From: Kiritimatiellia bacterium | Lineage (GTDB): Bacteria; Verrucomicrobiota; Kiritimatiellia; RFP12; UBA1067 | Reading direction: 5' to 3' | NCBI GenBank assembly: GCA_017628025.1 | Contig: JAGBZX010000025.1 | Location: 1 to 61,413, forward strand | Length of the DNA stretch: 61,413 bases | Shown here: in pieces, positions 1-4,715 of the stretch | Layout: each line of letters starts with the position of its first letter | Numbering within the stretch: the first letter of the stretch is position 1 | The notes under the pieces: generated by a model | Seen by the model: only the letters and a program-made list of their open reading frames with translations | Told to the model about the DNA's origin: nothing | The model's database searches: none | Made by a program: the position numbers and the translations under genes

Positions 1-861
1 ACCTTGTATTATTTTTGAAAGGTCTTCAAACTCACCAGCAAAATTAGAATCTGGATAATGATCAAAATCATCATATTTAATTGTCAATCTACCATTTTTA
101 CGCATCTGAGGCAATCCGACCCAAGGCGATGCAATATAAAAAGATTGCTTGAGACCAAACAATTCCTTTAAAGGCGCATCGGGAATTAACTTACGTGTTG
201 TTATTTCTTCATGCACACCATAAACCAATTCTGCATCCTCAGAGAATAAGACTTTTTCAGCATCCATAAGCCACTTTATATCATAATACTCCATGGAAGT
301 AGCATAATTATAAGCATCATATATCCTTGCATTTAAATGCTCTTTATACTTACTAAGGCATTCTGTATATTTTGACCTGAATACTTGATATACCTTCTCT
401 AAATCAGCAGCATAATCTTCCCCTATACCCACGGCGCGAATAAATGCTGCGTATGCTCTTTTCGAGTCGCCTTGAGACATTTTTTCTTTATACGATTCAA
501 ATACTTTTTTTGTATATACATCAAGTTTTTCTAATACTTCACAAAACTGTCCACGCCCTAATTCATTTTCAAAATCCGAAGATGCCATCTCTACAGAAAG
601 TAACGATAACATTTCACCCCTATTCAACCGTTCACCAAGTATTGCAATCTGAGTAGCCCAACCTTTAAGAGGACGCCACGCGATCAACTCAAGCAATAAA
701 GGATATCTCGCGCTCAGGTTAACAATCTGATGTATCATTCTAGCCAATGTACTCTTACCAGAGGCATTAATGCCAGATAATACCGTTATTGAATCTAATT
801 CAATATCAGCACTTTTTATAGCCTTACTATTTACCACAGACAATTTATATTTTGCGCTCAT
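1..861 (-). CDS. P-loop (AAA/ABC-like) ATPase, N-terminal 287 aa; C-terminus lies beyond the window edge
   Basis: Frame is open from ATG (complement 859-861) to position 1. It is missing from the ORF track only because no stop lies in the window. Walker A GINASGKST at aa 30-38. Preceded by promoter-leader module A1. Confidence 0.6.
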   Translation of the reverse strand, partial: MSAKYKLSVVNSKAIKSADIELDSITVLSGINASGKSTLARMIHQIVNLSARYPLLLELIAWRPLKGWATQIAILGERLNRGEMLSLLSVEMASSDFENELGRGQFCEVLEKLDVYTKKVFESYKEKMSQGDSKRAYAAFIRAVGIGEDYAADLEKVYQVFRSKYTECLSKYKEHLNARIYDAYNYATSMEYYDIKWLMDAEKVLFSEDAELVYGVHEEITTRKLIPDAPLKELFGLKQSFYIASPWVGLPQMRKNGRLTIKYDDFDHYPDSNFAGEFEDLSKIIQG

Positions 862-920
862 TTTAATCTCTCTATTTTTATAACTTCCTGTATATACAAT
901 CTACTAAATCAAAAGACCAA

Positions 921-1011
921 ACTCTCGCCCCATGGGGTATGTAGCCGAATACCTCATCACAAATTTTTGAATTATTCTATTGTGCCTCTTCAACACAACG
1001 ATATTATACCA
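921..1011 (-). promoter_or_regulatory. Promoter-leader module A1 (TGGTATAAT extended -10 at 1003-1011; palindrome GCCCCATGGGG at 927-937) driving the ATPase gene
   Basis: Aligns by eye with modules at 3866-3974 and 4296-4403. Conserved core is GGNATATTCGGCTACATNCCCCATGGGG. Confidence 0.55.
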
Positions 1012-1087
1012 TTTAGACGATAAAATTACCACAATTACAGTAATTTTAACCAATAAAAACCTATTAGGATCAAATAGTAATTTTTTA

Positions 1088-1115
1088 GGTGAAGGTCAAA
1101 GGTGAAGGTGAACAG
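1088..1115. repeat. GGTGAAGGTCAAAGGTGAAGGTGAACAG low-complexity boundary repeat (copy 1)
   Basis: Near-identical copies at 1712-1740 and 4101-4127, plus an inverted copy at 4253-4279. Confidence 0.8.
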
Positions 1116-1120
1116 TGGCG

Positions 1121-1141
1121 GTTTTTAGCCGTGTAGAGGTG
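1121..1141. repeat. Left arm of the inverted repeat bracketing the GxxExxY fragment (GTTTTTAGCCGTGTAGAGGTG)
   Basis: Its reverse complement is found at 1454-1473 (CACCTCTACACGGCTAAAAC), 20 of 21 matched. Confidence 0.85.
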
Positions 1142-1409
1142 GAGATGGGGAGAAGTTTGGGACCACTGTGCGTGTTTCGAATCGATATGATCCAAAGTTT
1201 ATGAGAAGAGCCTTCTTGAATCCTGTAATCTTCAAATAGTTAAGAACTTGCGCGTAATGCTCTCCGGCAAGTGCACTGACCGCCTTTAGTTCCAGGATCA
1301 ACTCTCCGTTCACCACCAAATCCGCAAAATACTCGCCCAACAAATACCCATCCTCATCTCTGACCTCAAGTTTCTTCTGTGATTCTACACAATATCCCGC
1401 TTTCTCCAA
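1125..1409 (-). pseudogene. GxxExxY protein (PD-(D/E)XK nuclease-fold family) fragment, N-terminally truncated
   Basis: Translation contains ...GEYFADLVVNGELILELKAVSALAGEHYAQVLNYLKITGFKKALLINFG. It lacks about 35-40 N-terminal residues typical of the family. The 'start' is TTG, the upstream frame hits a stop within 60 nt, and the C-terminal tail is encoded by the inverted-repeat arm. Confidence 0.6.
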
Positions 1410-1453
1410 CCGGTGCTTCCGGCATTCTCCATCTCTTATTCCCTTCCCTTCTA

Positions 1454-1473
1454 CACCTCTACACGGCTAAAAC
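1454..1473. repeat. Right arm of the inverted repeat bracketing the GxxExxY fragment
   Basis: Reverse complement of 1121-1141. Confidence 0.85.
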
Positions 1474-1483
1474 AGACAACGCT

Positions 1484-1543
1484 CCGTACGTCGCAATAAC
1501 ATTGAGGAATATTCGCCGATTAGCTGTCATCTTAGGGGTTGGG
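1484..1543. repeat. Repeat module X (copy X1), about 58 bp
   Basis: Aligns with 1619-1676 and 4037-4095. The minus strand reads CCCAACCCCTAAGATGACAGCTAATCGGCG..., a vestigial ATG-initiated stub. Confidence 0.7.
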
Positions 1544-1552
1544 TGTTAACTA

Positions 1553-1618
1553 TTTTATGTAACTTTTTTGTTAATTCTTCTAAACTAAGTCCCACGTTTA
1601 CGAATTCAAGCCCAACCT
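1553..1618. repeat. Repeat module Y (copy Y1), about 65 bp
   Basis: TTTTATGTAACTTTTTTGTTAAT... aligns with 3975-4036. Confidence 0.7.
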
Positions 1619-1676
1619 GTACGGTGCTATAATATTCAAAAATATGAGACGATTAAGAATCATTGAGTAGTTGGAG
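1619..1676. repeat. Repeat module X (copy X1')
   Basis: Diverged copy of 1484-1543 and 4037-4095. Confidence 0.55.
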
Positions 1677-1781
1677 TTGTGAGTTCGAGTTGGAGAGTGG
1701 CGGTTTTATTTAGGTGAAGGTCAAAATTGATGGTGAACAGTGAAAGTATAGATGGTAATTTAATTATTTAATTATTGAAGT

Positions 1782-2372
1782 TTATTTTCCTATAAACACA
1801 CCTAGATCTGGCCTATCCAACTCTTTATACAAAATATCTAATATTCTTAACAAATGATTTGACTCGCGCTTAATAGCCTCCTTAGATGCCTGCAAAATCT
1901 CATAAAGTTCATTAATTTCAGATGGCATCAATTTACTATTAAGACCTCTCAATATTACACTGGCATTTATTCTCTGGCATGTCGTGACAAAATTTAACAA
2001 AGTATTTGCGTCCGAAATTTCACTAGGCCCTCTTGCTGGTATCGCACTATGTATATACGGCATCACAGCCAATACTTCCGTGTCCGTATCAGAAGCCGTC
2101 GCATATTTTTGAATCATATTAAATGTCAGGACTACATTAAGCCGCACTTTTTCCTCAGACGGATCATCTGTCACAATTTTAACCAATGTATCACATAAAT
2201 TATTCCTATAGGTCAATGCTTTAATAGCCCCGATTATTGCATCGTGTGCTTTAATATACATAAGATGTCGTATATTAGCTTCTGATGCAACTCTCTGCGC
2301 TTTTATTGATGCGCATCGATTTATTACAGCACCTACTATTACCCCAACCAATCCAATAATAGCTTCACTCAT
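1782..2372 (-). CDS. Hypothetical membrane-anchored protein (one N-terminal TM helix plus a helical domain)
   Basis: 196-aa ORF with a hydrophobic N-terminus (IIGLVGVIVGAVI). I recognise no family motif. Bracketed by inverted GAGTTCGAG-type repeats. Confidence 0.5.
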   Translation of the reverse strand: MSEAIIGLVGVIVGAVINRCASIKAQRVASEANIRHLMYIKAHDAIIGAIKALTYRNNLCDTLVKIVTDDPSEEKVRLNVVLTFNMIQKYATASDTDTEVLAVMPYIHSAIPARGPSEISDANTLLNFVTTCQRINASVILRGLNSKLMPSEINELYEILQASKEAIKRESNHLLRILDILYKELDRPDLGVFIGK

Positions 2373-2472
2373 AAAAATCTTCTTGTTAATTTATTTTCTG
2401 ACACATCATTAAACTCTAACTCGAACCTTTCCGCTATCAGCGGCTCACTACTCTGCGAACTCACAAAAAAAA

Positions 2473-2682
2473 CTATCGTTCTTTTGACTTCAGTTCCGCT
2501 ATAACATTCTCTAGCACATACCCATCACTCATCAACTGAAGACCATACTTTGCATCTGACAATTGCTTGTATGTTTCTGTTGAATAGAAGATATCCAACG
2601 CCTTCTCTTCATCAACTTCAAGCGCTGAAGCAAGGGCCATAATGATTCTCGCCTGCTTTCTCCATAAAACATTGTCACGCAT
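2473..2682 (-). CDS. DUF3791-like small protein
   Basis: 69 aa. The pattern ...ALDIFYSTETYKQLSDAKYGLQLMSDGY... is typical of DUF3791 partners of DUF3990. It starts 8 nt after the DUF3990 stop, with GGTG in the gap. Confidence 0.55.
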   Translation of the reverse strand: MRDNVLWRKQARIIMALASALEVDEEKALDIFYSTETYKQLSDAKYGLQLMSDGYVLENVIAELKSKER

Positions 2683-2690
2683 AATACACC

Positions 2691-3185
2691 TTATAAAATT
2701 TCAGCTCCAATAAACTTAAGACATGTATCAATCACAACTTGAGAACGAATGCATATCTGATGATTTACCTTTTTATAAATTAATTGGCCCAATGCCTGCT
2801 CTGCTGTTATTATGCCATTTTCATAATCTTCGACGGTATCAATTACATTATCATTAGCAACGCCACCTTCTATCACATCGTACTGAAGCTGCAATTCTCC
2901 TCCACGCCTACAATCAATCACATAATTTAGCCATTCCATATCATACGCATCAAACACCTTATAACGCGCACCTAACATATTCTTGGCCATCGCTTCATTA
3001 AAATCATAAGTGTTCAACACTGGCTTACCATATCGAGTACGACTTGCAATAACCCTAGCCCAAGATTTAGCTTGATCTGAAAGACTTGAGAGATAGAACC
3101 CTCTACCAAAATCCACCCTGGCGCGCCCAGCTTCCACCTTTGGATTCGCTACACTAACATCAGACCCGTGAAACAACTGAATCAT
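2691..3185 (-). CDS. DUF3990-like protein (possible ADP-ribosyltransferase-fold enzyme)
   Basis: Begins MIQLFHGS. Motifs are LFHGS (aa 4-8), GRGFYLS (aa 27-33) and DVIEGG (aa 103-108). I moved the start to ATG 3185, which forms an ATGA overlap with the stop of the upstream ORF. Confidence 0.65.
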   Translation of the reverse strand: MIQLFHGSDVSVANPKVEAGRARVDFGRGFYLSSLSDQAKSWARVIASRTRYGKPVLNTYDFNEAMAKNMLGARYKVFDAYDMEWLNYVIDCRRGGELQLQYDVIEGGVANDNVIDTVEDYENGIITAEQALGQLIYKKVNHQICIRSQVVIDTCLKFIGAEIL

Positions 3186-3460
3186 ACACCGGCCTCCCAA
3201 TTTTTCAAAGTTGTTATGGTATCTTCTGCAACCCAATCGAGACTTTGGGTATGCAAGTCATCATACATTGCGATTAAACGATTGTGAATCAAGTCTTGAG
3301 CTTTGAGCCGATCATGCATAACCTGACCCGAAACACCAAGCTTTCGAGCGCCACTCTCAATCGCCATCACAGCAAAGTGTATGCGCTTATGTACATCAGA
3401 TTTATTGAACGCATTCATACCCATAACTCTCCCTTCATCCAATCTTGTAAATCCCATCAA
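3182..3460 (-). CDS. DUF3791-like small protein (start may be the internal ATG at 3424)
   Basis: 92-aa ORF. ...FAVMAIESGARKLGVSGQVMHDRLKAQDLIHNRLIAMYDDLHTQS... resembles DUF3791. Translationally coupled to DUF3990. Confidence 0.55.
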   Translation of the reverse strand: MMGFTRLDEGRVMGMNAFNKSDVHKRIHFAVMAIESGARKLGVSGQVMHDRLKAQDLIHNRLIAMYDDLHTQSLDWVAEDTITTLKNWEAGV

Positions 3461-3544
3461 TCCTGTAAAACCCTCTCATCAAACAATCTCCAATTCCTCT
3501 ATTCACCTTCACCTCTGAAAAACTCGAACTCCAACTCCTACTAT

Positions 3545-3712
3545 CTATTTCCCGTTCGGATTTACCGAAGTGACTGTACCATCTGGTAATTGCCAAACAA
3601 GTTTTCCATTCAAGGAATAAACATTCGCTATTCCCTTGCGCCGATTTTCTTCCTGCGCAAGTTGAACGGCTTCAGATATAATTCGATATAACTTTGTAGT
3701 AATCTCGCTCAT
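3545..3712 (-). CDS. Small hypothetical protein, 55 aa (MSEITTKLYRIISEAVQLAQEENRRKGIANVYSLNGKLVWQLPDGTVTSVNPNGK)
   Basis: Below the ORF-track length cutoff. Strong SD AAGGAGG 6 nt upstream. Its ATG overlaps the TGA of the preceding micro-ORF (ATGA). Confidence 0.45.
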   Translation of the reverse strand: MSEITTKLYRIISEAVQLAQEENRRKGIANVYSLNGKLVWQLPDGTVTSVNPNGK

Positions 3713-3831
3713 AAATCCTCCTTAAATTTCAAATACAATTCTTCTGACAATATCAATGCGTCATCACTTTTATGACCTTCTGCTACAACGACAATTGCAC
3801 CTGCAAGTATATATAATTTCGGCGTTACCAT
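3709..3831 (-). CDS. Micro-ORF, 40 aa (MVTPKLYILAGAIVVVAEGHKSDDALILSEELYLKFKEDL)
   Basis: First ORF after promoter-leader module A2. Preceded by GGAG-rich leader sequence and coupled to the 55-aa ORF. Confidence 0.3.
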   Translation of the reverse strand: MVTPKLYILAGAIVVVAEGHKSDDALILSEELYLKFKEDL

Positions 3832-3865
3832 TCTTCAACTCCATTCTTAACTCCATTACTCCAAA

Positions 3866-3974
3866 CTCCCCCACTTCTCAACATATTCCACCACATGGGG
3901 TATGTAGCCGAATATCCCATTACAAACTTTTGATTTCTATTATCACATCTCTTTAACACAACATTATTATATCA
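3866..3974 (-). promoter_or_regulatory. Promoter-leader module A2 (TGATATAAT at 3966-3974; degenerate palindrome CCACATGGGG at 3891-3900)
   Basis: Aligns with A1 and A3. Sits upstream of the micro-ORF pair. Confidence 0.55.
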
Positions 3975-4036
3975 TTTTATGTAACTTTTTTGTTACTTTT
4001 TACACTAAGCACCACATCCACGCTTCCAAACTCAGA
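3975..4036. repeat. Repeat module Y (copy Y2)
   Basis: Aligns with 1553-1618. Confidence 0.7.
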
Positions 4037-4095
4037 GCGTATATCGCAATGATGTTCAAGATTTCTGGCGGTTAGAAGTCATTTTAGGGGTTAGG
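4037..4095. repeat. Repeat module X (copy X2)
   Basis: Aligns with 1484-1543. The ATG stub is degenerate here (ATGACTTCTAACCGCCAGAAATCTTGA). Confidence 0.7.
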
Positions 4096-4100
4096 ATTTA

Positions 4101-4127
4101 GGTGAAGGTCAAAGGTGAAGGTGAACA
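4101..4127. repeat. Left arm of the inverted repeat bracketing the four-helix-bundle fragment
   Basis: GGTGAAGGTCAAAGGTGAAGGTGAACA. The reverse-complement-like arm is at 4253-4279. Confidence 0.8.
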
Positions 4128-4252
4128 AAGGTGATTGTCATTAATGCGAAGCGCTCATCTAAAGGAAATTTCTTAATTTCCTCATACACGAGCCCCACAA
4201 GCTCAACCGATTTTTGCCAGACTATTAATTTTCTATAACCAAAATCTTCCAT
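4109..4252 (-). pseudogene. Four-helix-bundle protein (23S rRNA intervening-sequence protein / Avd-like family), N-terminal fragment only
   Basis: MEDFGYRKLIVWQKSVELVGLVYEEIKKFPLDERFAL matches the characteristic N-terminus of the family. The frame then runs into the boundary repeat and stops after 47 codons. Confidence 0.6.
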
Positions 4253-4279
4253 TGTTCACCTTCGCCTTTCACCTTCACC
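4253..4279. repeat. Right arm of the inverted repeat bracketing the four-helix-bundle fragment
   Basis: TGTTCACCTTCGCCTTTCACCTTCACC, an imperfect reverse complement of 4101-4127. Confidence 0.8.
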
Positions 4280-4295
4280 TCTACCACCCAACTCC

Positions 4296-4403
4296 ATCAC
4301 TCCCTCACTTCTCAACATATCCCGCCCCATGGGGCATGTAGCCGAATATCCCACTCTCGAATTGTTTTGAGTTTTCTCTCTCATAACGCTTACATTAATA
4401 TCA
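4296..4403 (-). promoter_or_regulatory. Promoter-leader module A3 (TGATATTAAT at 4394-4403; perfect 12-bp palindrome GCCCCATGGGGC at 4324-4335)
   Basis: Aligns with A1 and A2. Sits upstream of the four-helix-bundle fragment. Confidence 0.55.
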
Positions 4404-4489
4404 TTTTTTGTATTTTTTTGAAAGTTTCCTCCTCCACCTAACCTTGCACCTAACCTTGCCTTGGAAGAAAATTTCATGTCCCTTTTCTT

Positions 4490-4518
4490 AAAATGAGAAT
4501 TATGTGCGGAAAATTCTT
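4490..4518 (+). repeat. AATGAGAA motif copy M1 (AAAATGAGAATTATGTGCGGAAAATTCTT)
   Basis: 29-bp motif also at 27922-27950 and 28073-28101, and inverted at 61082-61110. Confidence 0.8.
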
Positions 4519-4715
4519 ACCACATTGCCACTTTTGTGATATTTCGCAAAAATTAACATTATATGCTGATTACTACAAACTATATCGGCTTTATACTGAA
4601 GAGAAAACTCCTCCTAAGCCATCCGCACCGACAGCCGCGCCGTGAGGGTTTTGTTTGCTAGGCTTTCTTAATTCCCACATACAGTGGGATATGACCATTG
4701 GGATCTTAATTTAGA

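Noticed and set aside
444-656. Plus-strand ORFs at 444-656, 3284-3589 and 3756-3956
   Set aside because: They lie antisense to better-supported minus-strand genes (ATPase, DUF3791, micro-ORF and leader). They have hydrophobic, low-complexity translations and no SD or promoter.
4256-4477. 73-aa minus-strand ORF (MKFSSKARLGARLGGGGNF...GRGEGERRR)
   Set aside because: It is low-complexity translation of promoter-leader module A3 and the GGTGAAGG boundary repeat, with no SD. It overlaps regulatory repeats that occur elsewhere in non-coding contexts.
862-4480. Possibility that the cassette island is an integron or CALIN array with attC sites
   Set aside because: The same-strand small cassettes fit. 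However, I found no RYYYAAC...GTTRRRY R''/R' pairs with the expected imperfect palindromic structure between cassettes. Several cassettes carry their own promoter, and no intI-like gene is in the window. I kept it only as a remote analogy.
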